Shown: positions 12,800 through 21,993 of the stretch, piece after piece
Layout: each line of letters starts with the position of its first letter
Numbering within the stretch: position 1 is the stretch's first letter
Translations under genes and position numbers: made by a program
Assembly (NCBI GenBank): GCA_963707955.1
Contig: OY970176.1
Location: 1,024,001 to 1,088,000 of the forward strand
Length of the DNA stretch: 64,000 nt
Direction: 5' to 3'
Origin: Candidatus Bathyarchaeota archaeon
Lineage (GTDB): Archaea; Thermoproteota; Bathyarchaeia; Bathyarchaeales; Bathycorpusculaceae
The notes under the pieces: generated by a model
Database searches by the model: none
Told to the model about the DNA's origin: nothing
Seen by the model: only the letters and a program-made list of their open reading frames with translations

Positions 12800-13267
12800 T
12801 TATTTGACAACCAGGACTGGGCAGTGTGCGTTTTTTATGACGCCTTCGCTGACGCTTCCCATGAGAAGCTCTCTTATCCTGCTTATGCCTCTGGCACCCA
12901 TGACTATCAAGTCGAACTCTCCTTCTTTTGCTAGTGCGACGATTTCCTGCACGGTGTTTCCTTCCCTGAGAACAGTTTCGACCCTAACGTTTGCAGACTT
13001 GGCTTTCTGCTCACCGTCTGTTAGAACTCTGTTACCAACCATGCGTGCGGCTTCAACCATCTTCGCGATTTCTGCGGAGGTTACCACGGGAACTCCTGCC
13101 GGCGTCAGAGTAGTTGGTTCAGGAGCAATCGCAGCTGGCACAGTGACAGAGTAAACATGGAGTAGCGTCATCTTTGCGCGGAATTTCTTGGCGATTTGAA
13201 TTGCAGTTTCTAAGGCTCTCTCGGAATGTTCTGAACCGTCTAATGGGACCAAAACCTTCTCAAACAT
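12800..13267 (-). CDS. Universal stress protein (UspA family)
   Basis: KVLVPLDGSEHS and DLIVMGARG...LLMGSVS...HCPVLVV. Confidence 0.95.
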   Translation of the reverse strand: MFEKVLVPLDGSEHSERALETAIQIAKKFRAKMTLLHVYSVTVPAAIAPEPTTLTPAGVPVVTSAEIAKMVEAARMVGNRVLTDGEQKAKSANVRVETVLREGNTVQEIVALAKEGEFDLIVMGARGISRIRELLMGSVSEGVIKNAHCPVLVVK

Positions 13268-13367
13268 TTCGGTTGCTCCCGTACAGAAGCTGCTGTACGG
13301 TTTCAGATATAACCTTTGAATTCTTTTAAACTAGGCGGTATAGTGGGCTTGAGGTTTGGGCTTTTTG

Positions 13368-13601
13368 TTAGAGTAGGGCGAAGCTTGTTGACTTTATTCT
13401 TCCCTTGGTGTCAACGATGACTTCGAACCTCTCAGCCCATGGGTGTCCTTCCAGGTCTATTGGGCACGTGCCTCGGATTACCCAGATGTCGTTGTTGTGG
13501 TCGACTCCGGAGACTTCCACTTTGTCGGTGTTCTTCCTTTTCTTTAGAAAGTCAATCGCTATCTGCTGGGCTGATTCTACGCTGATGCTCTTTTCCTTCA
13601 C
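13368..13601 (-). CDS. Small hypothetical protein (PepSY-like)
   Basis: ISVESAQQIA...FEVIVDTKGRI pattern. Confidence 0.6.
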   Translation of the reverse strand: MKEKSISVESAQQIAIDFLKKRKNTDKVEVSGVDHNNDIWVIRGTCPIDLEGHPWAERFEVIVDTKGRIKSTSFALL

Positions 13602-13788
13602 CGCGTTTCCTCCGAAGCGTTGGTTTCACTATCTTCATGAGTGGTGTAAAAAGGGTTATGAACGAGGAATACTTAGCGAAAATAAGTGCGACTGAAGTGG
13701 CAGTGTGCTTCTGCTTATGTTTCGATAGGTTCAAATCAGCAGACGTTTATCTTAGAATTGATGCAGTTCTGGCTGGAAAAGGAATGTC

Positions 13789-14862
13789 ATGAGCGAAAGG
13801 AAGAGGATAATATTCCATTTGGACATGGACCATTTTTTCTCGGCGGTTGAGGAAAGGGAGCATCCGGAGCTCAAAGGTAAGCCTGTCATCGTTGGGGCTG
13901 CCCCCCTGGGTGGAAAGGGCAGAGGGGTCGTGAGCACTAGTAACTACGAGGCTAGGAAGTTCGGAGTGAGGTCGGGTATGCCTATTTCTAGGGCTTGGAA
14001 GTTTTGTCCACAGGGGGTCTATTTGCCTGTCAATTATGAGCTGTATGCAAGGGTGTCTAGCGAGATAATGGATATTCTGCGGAAATATGCTGACAAGTTT
14101 GAACAGTGGGGCATCGACGAAGCCTTCCTTGACGTGTCCTCAAGAGTGAGAGATTATGCGGAAGCGGAGGCTTTGGCATGGGAGATAAAGAAGAAAATCT
14201 ACGAGAAAGTAGCGCTGACTTGCTCGATAGGGGTGAGCTCGAACAAGCTCGTCGCCAAAATAGCCAGCGAAGCCCAGAAGCCCGATGGTCTGACAATTGT
14301 CAGGGGGGAAGATGTTGAAAAGTTTCTTGCTCCTCTGCCAGTTCGGAGGTTGCTGGGTGTCGGAAGGAAGACTGGACAGATACTTGAAGAAATGGGTATA
14401 AAGACCATTGAAGACCTGGCTCATTTTGACCCTGCGGTCTTGGCTGAATCTTTCGGGGTCATGGGCACTCAGCTTTACCTTATGGCTCATGGGATTGATA
14501 GAAGTGAGGTTGAGGAAAGGAGTGAGGTCAAATCCATCGGGCGAGACGTGACTTTTCTTGAGGATACCGACGACTTCGGCTATGTTTTGAATGCTTTGAA
14601 CGGGCTTTCTGAGGATGTGAGCAGGAATGTTTTGGACCAGCACCTCTTCTTTAAGACGGTAACGGTTAGAGTGCGTTACGAGAATTTTGAAACGCACACA
14701 CACAGCAAAACCCTGCCTTTCATGACAGACCGGTTGCAGGATTTGAAGAAAGCCGCTGGGGAACTGATGCAATCTTATCTTAAACCTGGCAGGAAGATCA
14801 GGCTTGTCGGCGTCAGAGTGTCCAGTCTTGTTTCGGGTTTCAAGCAGAAGAATCTCCTCTAG
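13789..14862 (+). CDS. dinB: DNA polymerase IV (Y family)
   Basis: HLDMDHFFSAVE, YEARKFGVRSGMP, GIDEAFLDV, KIASEAQKPDG and RLVGVRVS motifs. Confidence 0.96.
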   Translation: MSERKRIIFHLDMDHFFSAVEEREHPELKGKPVIVGAAPLGGKGRGVVSTSNYEARKFGVRSGMPISRAWKFCPQGVYLPVNYELYARVSSEIMDILRKYADKFEQWGIDEAFLDVSSRVRDYAEAEALAWEIKKKIYEKVALTCSIGVSSNKLVAKIASEAQKPDGLTIVRGEDVEKFLAPLPVRRLLGVGRKTGQILEEMGIKTIEDLAHFDPAVLAESFGVMGTQLYLMAHGIDRSEVEERSEVKSIGRDVTFLEDTDDFGYVLNALNGLSEDVSRNVLDQHLFFKTVTVRVRYENFETHTHSKTLPFMTDRLQDLKKAAGELMQSYLKPGRKIRLVGVRVSSLVSGFKQKNLL

Positions 14863-15003
14863 TCTGCCGTAGACTGGAGGGAACTATCTTTCGTGCGGGA
14901 GCAGGATCTGGACTTTGCCATCTGGCCAACAATAGTTATTAATAAGACATTCGAGAAATTCTGTGCGTTCAGATTATAGAGAGAAGGCGAAAGGGAAAGG
15001 AAG

Positions 15004-16569
15004 ATGCCGGCTAATTCGGGCGTGAAGGTTGTGTTGACCGCTTCAGCGACTGAGATGAGTGACTTCGCCGATAATCCCTTTGTTGCCTTTGCAGGTGGTT
15101 TTGCCAAGGGACCAGTGCCTTTGTGGTTTTTGAGGAGAGCATTGTACCCGCCGGTCGAACGGAATGACGGTGACAGAAGGGCAAAGTATGCGCCCTACGG
15201 GTTAAGGAAGGTTGAAGCTCTGCTCTTGCAGAATGGTTTTGAAGAGTCAGAAGTGGCGGTTGTTCATCCGAGCAACCTTGACGAGTTCGTTGGGCCGAAC
15301 ACGAAGGTCGTAGGCATAACTTCTATGGATCCCACTGGGATGGCGTACGTTAGCAAGACTTATTCTTCAATAGTCGGCGGTGGAGAGCCGATGAACGCTA
15401 TTGAATTCAGGAAGCTGGTCAAGCAGAGGAGTATCCGAAGATACAGGCCTAAGGTGATCGTTGGAGGCTTCGGGTCTTGGCAGCTGGAACGGAAGAGAGT
15501 GGCTGAAAGATACGGTGTGGACTGCGTGGTCATCGGTGAGGGGGAAACGGCTGTCACAGATGTTTTCAAGAAGGCCGTGAACGGTGAACCCGTTCCGCGC
15601 GTCATTCGTGTTAGGAGTAGCGTTGAGGGTGACAAAGTGCCGCTTATCAGGCATCCAGCGATCCACGGTTGCGTGGAAATCTCCAGAGGTTGCGGTAGAA
15701 ATTGCCAGTTCTGCACTCCTACGATGCAGAAAAAGCGGGATGTGCCGCTGGAAAGGATACTGAAGGAAGTTGAAGTTACTACAAACGGAGGGTGCCCTCG
15801 TATCACGTTGGTGACTGAGGACCTTTTCCTTTATGGTTCGAAGGATCCTGGTTTCACACCAAACAGGGAGGCTGTTGTGAGGCTGGTTAGGAGCGTGGCT
15901 TCGGTTCCAGGGGTCAAGGCTGTGCAGCCGTCGCACAGTTCTTTGGCTCCCGTTGTTGCTGACCCTGCGATGGTCAAGGAAGTCGCTGATGTTTTGATTG
16001 AGCACAACTGGTATTATCACGGGAAAAAGAGGATTGTGACTTCTGAAGTGGGGATGGAGACTGGCAGCGTCAGGCTCATGCGGAAGTACATGGCTGGGAA
16101 GATGCTTCCCTTCAAGCCTGAGCAGTGGAAGGAAGTCGTGAATCAATCCTTTGGAATAATGAATGACAACGAGTGGTACCCTCTTGCCACACTGATAATT
16201 GGGCTTCCTGACGAGCGTGAAGAAGATGTTTTGGAGACGCTTGAACTGATGGATGACTTGAGGGATTACAGCGCCTTCTATGTTCCTCTGTTCTTTGTTC
16301 CCCTAGAGAATTGTCTCCTTATGAACGGGCGTGGAGCAGAGCTTGATTCTCTCACGAAGGCACGGTGGGAGGTTTTCGCGCGTTCCTGGGAATACAACGT
16401 CAGAATATGGGGAGACACTTTCTTGCAGCATAGAATTCCGAACCCGCTGCTCTTCAAGCTTGTAAAGAGGGTAGCGATTCCCTTCGGCGGTAAAGTTGCG
16501 GGACTCTATTATGGACTGAAGCACGGTGAAGAAATGGAGAAGGCAATCTGGCGTATGGCAAACGCCTGA
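15004..16569 (+). CDS. B12-binding domain radical SAM protein
   Basis: APYGLRKVEA, GEGE and EISRGCGRNCQFC (CxxxCxxC) motifs. Confidence 0.9.
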   Translation: MPANSGVKVVLTASATEMSDFADNPFVAFAGGFAKGPVPLWFLRRALYPPVERNDGDRRAKYAPYGLRKVEALLLQNGFEESEVAVVHPSNLDEFVGPNTKVVGITSMDPTGMAYVSKTYSSIVGGGEPMNAIEFRKLVKQRSIRRYRPKVIVGGFGSWQLERKRVAERYGVDCVVIGEGETAVTDVFKKAVNGEPVPRVIRVRSSVEGDKVPLIRHPAIHGCVEISRGCGRNCQFCTPTMQKKRDVPLERILKEVEVTTNGGCPRITLVTEDLFLYGSKDPGFTPNREAVVRLVRSVASVPGVKAVQPSHSSLAPVVADPAMVKEVADVLIEHNWYYHGKKRIVTSEVGMETGSVRLMRKYMAGKMLPFKPEQWKEVVNQSFGIMNDNEWYPLATLIIGLPDEREEDVLETLELMDDLRDYSAFYVPLFFVPLENCLLMNGRGAELDSLTKARWEVFARSWEYNVRIWGDTFLQHRIPNPLLFKLVKRVAIPFGGKVAGLYYGLKHGEEMEKAIWRMANA

Positions 16570-16579
16570 CTCTTGATTT

Positions 16580-16852
16580 CTACTTCGGTTTTTTCTTCTT
16601 TATTCTTCGAATCTCGAACACGACGGGGTTCTCGCCGTCTGGGCACGCGTTGAAGATGACGTCTTTGTCTTCAGCCCAGGGAAAATCGACGCCAAAACGC
16701 ATCGCGTAGACTTTTGGAAGCAGAACCATCAGGGCGCTGTAGCAGATGTCTCCTTGGACGGTTCTTCCGTCGAAGACGATTTTATCGCCGACTCTGTGTC
16801 CGAAGTTGCACTTTCCTTTCTGACTCTTCACTGTCACTTCGACGACTGACAT
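16580..16852 (-). CDS. TIGR04076 family protein
   Basis: GKCNFGHRVGD...ICYSAL...ACPDGENPVVFEIRR. Confidence 0.85.
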   Translation of the reverse strand: MSVVEVTVKSQKGKCNFGHRVGDKIVFDGRTVQGDICYSALMVLLPKVYAMRFGVDFPWAEDKDVIFNACPDGENPVVFEIRRIKKKKPK

Positions 16853-16868
16853 GCTTGTTCACCCATTA

Positions 16869-17192
16869 TTACTTTGATGCCTCTGGGTATTTCTCTCTTA
16901 TCTTTTCGTCTGCTATCTTCGCGATCATCGCGCTGGAGATGAGCACGTGTTTGACGCCTCTGAGGTCAGCGAGGTCTGCGGGTTTCTGGTCCTGTGTGAC
17001 TAGCAAGAGGTTGTTTCTTCTTGCGTACTCGACTATGTCCTTGTCTTTCGCTCCTTTCAGGCCAGCATCCTGTGCGGTGACTGCTTCCCAGCCTAGGGTT
17101 TCAAAGTACTCTCTCAAGCCTGCGTACATTTCGTCGAGCAGAAGCTTCAATCCTGCCGCCTCTTCGGTCGGTCTTAGATGTGCAGTGTTCAC
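16869..17192 (-). CDS. DUF5615 family PIN-like protein; start possibly at the internal TTG (LKLLLDE)
   Basis: KLLLDEM...GAKDKDIVEYA...LLVTQD. Confidence 0.8.
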   Translation of the reverse strand: MNTAHLRPTEEAAGLKLLLDEMYAGLREYFETLGWEAVTAQDAGLKGAKDKDIVEYARRNNLLLVTQDQKPADLADLRGVKHVLISSAMIAKIADEKIREKYPEASK

Positions 17193-17598
17193 CTATTTAG
17201 ACGCTTCCACAAGTCTTGGCTGACGCTACATCCCTGTATTCGCGTTTTGGCCTCGTCTATTCCACCCTCCCTCTCCCCCCCTAGGGTGTTAGTACTGCAC
17301 GTAGGCGTTCGTGAGGACCCTTCGGACTTGACGCGGGTCTGAAGAAAAGCGCGTAAGAAGGACTTGGCAGAGAGTCTGAGCAAGGATAGTGGCTTTCAAT
17401 GCATTTCAACATCAAGTCGCCTACTGGTTTCAGCTGCCCCTTGCAATTGCGGGCACGCCTGTCCCTTCCCTCTAGGGTGCCAGTTCCTTACTAGCCCGTA
17501 TCGAAGAAACTGCCGCATCCGGCATCTTTTGCTGTTTCGGCCGCTGGGAGAAAAGTCTTTAGGACGACAGGGCTTACGTAAGCTTGAGGTTGTAATGT

Positions 17599-18618
17599 TT
17601 GGTCTCCTTAAGGGTCTCTTTAAGGGCTTTGGCGCCTTCTTTAACGCGGATCACGGTGGCTGCTGCTGTCGGGGCGGCTTTGCACATCGGTCAAGGGAAC
17701 GGAGATTTGGTGGATGCGAAGGCTGTCGAGTTTTCGAGAGCTGTGCTGGCTCAGACGGATGTTGAGGGAGAAGTGATTGCCTGTGAAGGACCTAAGGACA
17801 ATGCGCCTGCGTTCCTGCGCAGAGAACTCGTGGGAACTGGGAATGGCCCCAAGGTTCAGTTCGTCATAGACCCCGTTGACGGCACGACGGCTGCGTCAAA
17901 GGGCAGAAAAGACGCGATCTCGGCTCTCGCGTGTGCACCAGCAGGATGCTTCCAAGTGCTTCCAGATGACGGGTACTACTTCAAGGTGGCAACTGACCAT
18001 CATTCAATCGGAAAAATCTCGTTAGAAATGTCAGTGGACGACATTGTGCGCACGGTTGCCCGCGAAAAAGACTTGCCCCTTGAGAACTTCACCGTTATAA
18101 TGTTGGAACGCGACAGGCACACGGGGATTCTGCAAAGTTTGAGAAAGCTGGGCGTAAGAATAATTCTTATTCCCGATGGTGATATTGCCGGGGCGGTTGT
18201 CACGTGCCGACCAGGCTCAGGCATTGACCTTCTCGTCGGTGCAGGCGCAGGTCCAGAAGCGACTATTGCCGCAACCGCGATCAAGTGTCTTGGAGGCACA
18301 ATGCTCGTCAAGGTTTGGAGAGACGAGAAAGATGATCAGAAACGGCTGGAAAGGTTGGCCATCGAAGGAGTGGACGTGGACAAGACTTACTGCGAAGACG
18401 AGCTTGCCAAGGGCAACGAACTTGTCTTTGCAGCCTCAGGCGTGACGAAGGGCGAACTCTTAGACGGCGTGCGCTTCATCCCAGAAGGCGCCGTGGTGAA
18501 TTCCATTTGCATGCGATTACCCAGCGGAACAGTGGAAAAGTCTGAAACGACCTTGCGGTTCAAGGGACACCCCGTGTACAAGAAGTTCTTACCTGGATCC
18601 CGCGGCGAAAGAGTTTGA
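17599..18618 (+). CDS. glpX: Class II fructose-1,6-bisphosphatase (GlpX family)
   Basis: CEGPKDNAP, DPVDGT, LERDRH, PDGDIAG, GAGPE and FAASGVTKGELLDGVRF motifs. Confidence 0.9.
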   Translation: MVSLRVSLRALAPSLTRITVAAAVGAALHIGQGNGDLVDAKAVEFSRAVLAQTDVEGEVIACEGPKDNAPAFLRRELVGTGNGPKVQFVIDPVDGTTAASKGRKDAISALACAPAGCFQVLPDDGYYFKVATDHHSIGKISLEMSVDDIVRTVAREKDLPLENFTVIMLERDRHTGILQSLRKLGVRIILIPDGDIAGAVVTCRPGSGIDLLVGAGAGPEATIAATAIKCLGGTMLVKVWRDEKDDQKRLERLAIEGVDVDKTYCEDELAKGNELVFAASGVTKGELLDGVRFIPEGAVVNSICMRLPSGTVEKSETTLRFKGHPVYKKFLPGSRGERV

Positions 18619-18685
18619 AAATGAAAACGTTAGGAAAGCGTACTCGGTTCGAAAGCCAATCTGGCTTTGATGCGAAGTTGGGAAA

Positions 18686-18835
18686 GTGACAGGAAAGACG
18701 ACCACTTTGCCTTGCGGATGCAAGTATCAAGACGACGGATACGTGGTAGTCCGTGTCCATGAATGCGCCTACCACAAGGAGAGACGAACAAGAAAGCGAC
18801 CGTACCGGCCTAAGGCCGAGTGCGTGAGACCCTAA
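18686..18835 (+). CDS. Putative 49-aa small Cys/His protein (not in the ORF track)
   Basis: GTG start; MTGKTTTLPCGCKYQDDGYVVVRVHECAYHKERRTRKRPYRPKAECVRP, with CxC and CxxH motifs and a basic tail. Confidence 0.45.
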   Translation: MTGKTTTLPCGCKYQDDGYVVVRVHECAYHKERRTRKRPYRPKAECVRP

Positions 18836-18997
18836 AGCCGCGAGCCAAACAGTTCACAGTCTTATGGGCAAGCGTCTGCGTATTGCGAAGCTGATTTCAG
18901 CGTCGAGCGTGCCTACAACTGGTTATTCCAAGGGTGTATTTGAACTCTTTATTTAGAAGACGCAAGATTAAATGAGCAAATCGTTCTTTTTCAGTAG

Positions 18998-19528
18998 TTG
19001 GAGTCCTTAAAGATGAGGATTCACATAGCGAACAAAGTTTCGATAGTCTTGATACTGATGGCAGGTGCATCTCTGGTCTCCATGCTTGCCACTCTCAACA
19101 TAGACCACATCATTCATCATGACCTGTACAACTACGGTCTTCAGTTCAGCCCACAATGGGCTGATCCGTACTGGAGGATGGCAGCAGTCGTATTCTCAAT
19201 GGGATGGTTCATCATTCTAACCTCGGTGGCGTTTGAACTTCATTTTGTTATGCAATGGCGGCGTAGACACATCGAGCCCCAAGCCCCATGCGTCGCCCAG
19301 GAACAGGTTCAAAACCAACCGCCAATAACTGAAACAAAACCGAGCGATAAATTGGAGGAGAAAAAAGCAGAAACAACGGCTGAGGAAGAAGCGAAAACAA
19401 CAGCTCTTGTCGCGGAGACCGAAGACGATCTTAGCGAGTTTCGCGTACTCCTTGAAGAGATATCTGTAAGGACGGATGAGCCTGTTACACGTCAGAAAGC
19501 AGATGACAGCCAAGCAAACGAGAAGTAG
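18998..19528 (+). CDS. Membrane protein with LYxYGLQFS-x2-WAxPYW motif and acidic C-terminal tail
   Basis: Two hydrophobic helices; N-terminal domain paralogous to 53808..54332. Confidence 0.75.
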   Translation: MESLKMRIHIANKVSIVLILMAGASLVSMLATLNIDHIIHHDLYNYGLQFSPQWADPYWRMAAVVFSMGWFIILTSVAFELHFVMQWRRRHIEPQAPCVAQEQVQNQPPITETKPSDKLEEKKAETTAEEEAKTTALVAETEDDLSEFRVLLEEISVRTDEPVTRQKADDSQANEK

Positions 19529-19530
19529 TG

Positions 19531-19543
19531 TCGCGCGCGCTAG
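19531..19543. repeat. Dispersed (GC)4 palindrome copy
   Basis: TCGCGCGCGCTAG starting 3 nt after the stop of 18998..19528. Confidence 0.85.
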
Positions 19544-19577
19544 AGAGCGTTCGACTGTCTCACAAACAGGGTGTGCG

Positions 19578-19889
19578 CTAAGATGGTTTGACTAGAACAG
19601 TGGCCCTCAGCTCCGCATACTTCTTTTCAATATCTTGCTTGAAAGCTGTGATTTCTGACGCGAGTTTCATCTTTGTTTCTGCTTCGAGACTCGATTTCAT
19701 GATTCTTTCATCAATCTTTTCAATATCATGCAAAGTGTTGTGTTTCATTTCTTCAGTCTTCTTCAACGTTTCCACCTTCTTTTTCTCAATGTCTGCCAAT
19801 CGACTTCTGACATCCACTTCTCTCTTGTGAAATTCTTCTCGTGTTTTTGTAAGCTTCTTCTCAAGCTCGAAGATCTCACTCACTTCCAA
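19578..19889 (-). CDS. Coiled-coil hypothetical protein
   Basis: E/K-rich heptad-like 103-aa ORF preceded by GGAGGA. Confidence 0.7.
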   Translation of the reverse strand: MEVSEIFELEKKLTKTREEFHKREVDVRSRLADIEKKKVETLKKTEEMKHNTLHDIEKIDERIMKSSLEAETKMKLASEITAFKQDIEKKYAELRATVLVKPS

Positions 19890-19977
19890 TCATCCTCCAG
19901 CATACTTCTAGGTCGTCGTCGAATAAGCTTTTCTTCAGGCCTGCCTGAAGCAAAGTCTATCCTATGCTTAAATAGCC

Positions 19978-20408
19978 ATGCGCACGCGAATTAAATAATT
20001 GCCTTAGAGCGCATGCATGAAGTGCAGCGCGCGCAAAACCAGAAGGGTTCATGCTCAAAGCGCGTCCGCGCTAACATGGAGACGCGAATTCGTCAAGGTG
20101 AGAGGGCACTCTCAAGACCGATACAGAGACCTTAGGACAGGTCGTTTCATTAGGAAGCCTTAGAGCGCGCGCTGGCCTTGTATGTTATCTCCATTAGTGA
20201 TTGCTTGTCAGGATGACGAACAAATATTACGGAACAAGCGCTGTTTTCGCACAAGTACTTAGCCTTGCGTGTGCCCTTTTTCAACGGTTTCCCACATTCT
20301 GGACAATTAACCATCTTCAAATTCCCTATTGGATAACTAAAGAAGATGATGTAAAAATGTTATGAATCTCGGATAGTGAAGGAAACTCTGCTTCTGCTAG
20401 CGCGCGCC
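19978..20408. repeat. Cluster of (GC)4 palindrome copies and decayed variants
   Basis: Perfect GCGCGCGC at 20027, 20165 and 20400; variants ATGCGCACGCG, GAGCGCATGCATG and AGCGCGTCCGCGCTA. Confidence 0.85.
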
Positions 20409-20445
20409 CAAAAGCTAAAAGCCAAGTGTTCAGAGAGAGTAAAAG

Positions 20446-20682
20446 GTGATTTGGATGCCTACGGCATATTTGTTGATAAATTCAGAAGAATATCACCCAA
20501 GGTTGATGAAAGCATTGAGGGAGATTAAGGGAGTTGAAGAAGCTTATCCTCTCTATGGCGTCTATGACATCATTGTAAGAACAAGAGCGGGTACTATGGA
20601 CAGGCTTAAAGAAATACATGACAAGATAAGGAGACTGGAGAAAGTTAGACAGACACTGACGATGATCGCGCATGAAGGATAG
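20446..20682 (+). CDS. Stand-alone Lrp/AsnC ligand-binding (RAM) domain protein
   Basis: PTAYLLIN...YGVYDIIV...KIRRLEKVRQTLTMI. Confidence 0.9.
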   Translation: MIWMPTAYLLINSEEYHPRLMKALREIKGVEEAYPLYGVYDIIVRTRAGTMDRLKEIHDKIRRLEKVRQTLTMIAHEG

Positions 20683-20688
20683 AAAAGG

Positions 20689-20700
20689 TAGCGCGCGCTA
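20689..20700. repeat. Perfect 12-bp palindrome TAGCGCGCGCTA
   Basis: Seen directly, 7 nt after the Lrp-domain stop codon. Confidence 0.9.
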
Positions 20701-20920
20701 GTAAGTAAGTAATTTCTGTGTCTGTTTGTTGTGTGTGACTCAGTCACTCTCACAGTCACAGGTTCTCTCAGACTCTCTCTCTTTGTGTGTCAGAGTATGA
20801 AGTAAGAGAGAGGTAGATAGAGAGAAAGAGTAACAGAAGAAGAAAAAGGGTGAAGTTTTATCCAACCAACCACACACCATTTGGGGAAAAACCTCGCACG
20901 CGCGCTACGAAGGGTAACGA

Positions 20921-21355
20921 TTAGTAAGGTCGGGCGGGAATTCCCTTGATTTTGGCTTTAGGCGTCACATCTTTTGTGACTATGGCTCCAGCAGCTACGT
21001 TGGCCTCTTCTCCGATTGTGACTCCTGCGACAATGACAGCATTGGCTCCTATGACAGCTCCACGTTTTATAGTGACTGGCTTGACTTGCCAATCATCCCA
21101 ATGCTTCAAGAGGTCTGGATGCTTGTCATTCGTTACCGTCGTATTAGGACCAACGAACACATAATCCTCGATGACCGTTCCTTGAGGAATGAATACATGC
21201 GCTTCAATTTTGCAGTGAGAGCCGATTTTAGCTCCGCCTATTTCGACAAAACTCGCAATTTTAGTGCCTTCACCAACCTCACTGTCATAGATGTTAACAA
21301 GCTCAGGATGATGGATTTTGACTGAGGAATGAATTTTGCAACGTTCTATCGGCAT
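20921..21355 (-). CDS. Hexapeptide-repeat sugar N/O-acetyltransferase (WbpD/WxcM-like)
   Basis: IEDYVFVGPNTTVTNDKHP and IGANAVIVAGVTIGEEANVAAGAIVTKDV...GIPAR. Confidence 0.9.
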   Translation of the reverse strand: MPIERCKIHSSVKIHHPELVNIYDSEVGEGTKIASFVEIGGAKIGSHCKIEAHVFIPQGTVIEDYVFVGPNTTVTNDKHPDLLKHWDDWQVKPVTIKRGAVIGANAVIVAGVTIGEEANVAAGAIVTKDVTPKAKIKGIPARPY

Positions 21356-21701
21356 GACGATTATTACTCATGGCTCTGCTTAATTGCATTTCGTCTGAGA
21401 ATAACTGCGAGGTAAAGGCTAATTATGACTATTGGGAGATCGCTCTATCTGCCAAGATACAGAAATGTTTCTTCCGACCACGTTTATGGACCGAGCTCGA
21501 CAAAATTCTACGGACTCAGTTCTGCTTTACCTGTTTGCAGAGTAGGCTTTGCAGACTGCAGATTCGTATAGGCGGGCTTACGAACAACCCCAGGAGAGGT
21601 GGAATGATCTGTTTCTAGCGTGCGCGCTCCTTGCGAGGCGCCGCGCGCGCTAAATGGGTTCAAGTCCAAACTTAAAGAATAGGGAAAAGCCATGTCCGAT
21701 A

Positions 21702-21935
21702 GGCGCGCATACGTGTTCCTAAATTCGGCTTTAGCGCGTATGCCTGTTCCTAAATTCAGTTCAAGAGCTGGCATGGCGTTTTGCGACGAGGGATTGTTAC
21801 TGTCATGGTTCGAGCCGCTTGCTCTCTTGCTCTCACGCCCTCCTCCCCGGGTATCCTATATGATCCAAATATGGTTCATGAGCAAAGTAGGACTAGCTGC
21901 TCCCCGAAAGAATTTAGGAACACGCTAGCGCGCTA
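21702..21935. mobile_element. Putative MITE-like non-autonomous element with about 25-bp terminal inverted repeats
   Basis: Left GGCGCGCATACGTGTTCCTAAATTC; right (reverse complement) AGCGCGCTAGCGTGTTCCTAAATTC; a second left copy 31 bp inward; no transposase. Confidence 0.55.
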
Positions 21936-21993
21936 ATCCTTATCCAAGATTAATAACGTTTTTCTCCTTTGCGTGCGTCAATAGAATGTTGGA

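Noticed and set aside
17193-17598. GC-rich intergenic region as RNase P or SRP RNA, and ORF 17364..17765
   Set aside because: The conserved RNase P P4 and SRP helix 8 motifs are absent. The ORF overlaps glpX and has no recognisable motif.
21508-21928. ORFs 21508..21774 and 21692..21928
   Set aside because: They run through the palindrome and inverted-repeat sequence and show no protein motif, so they are treated as spurious.
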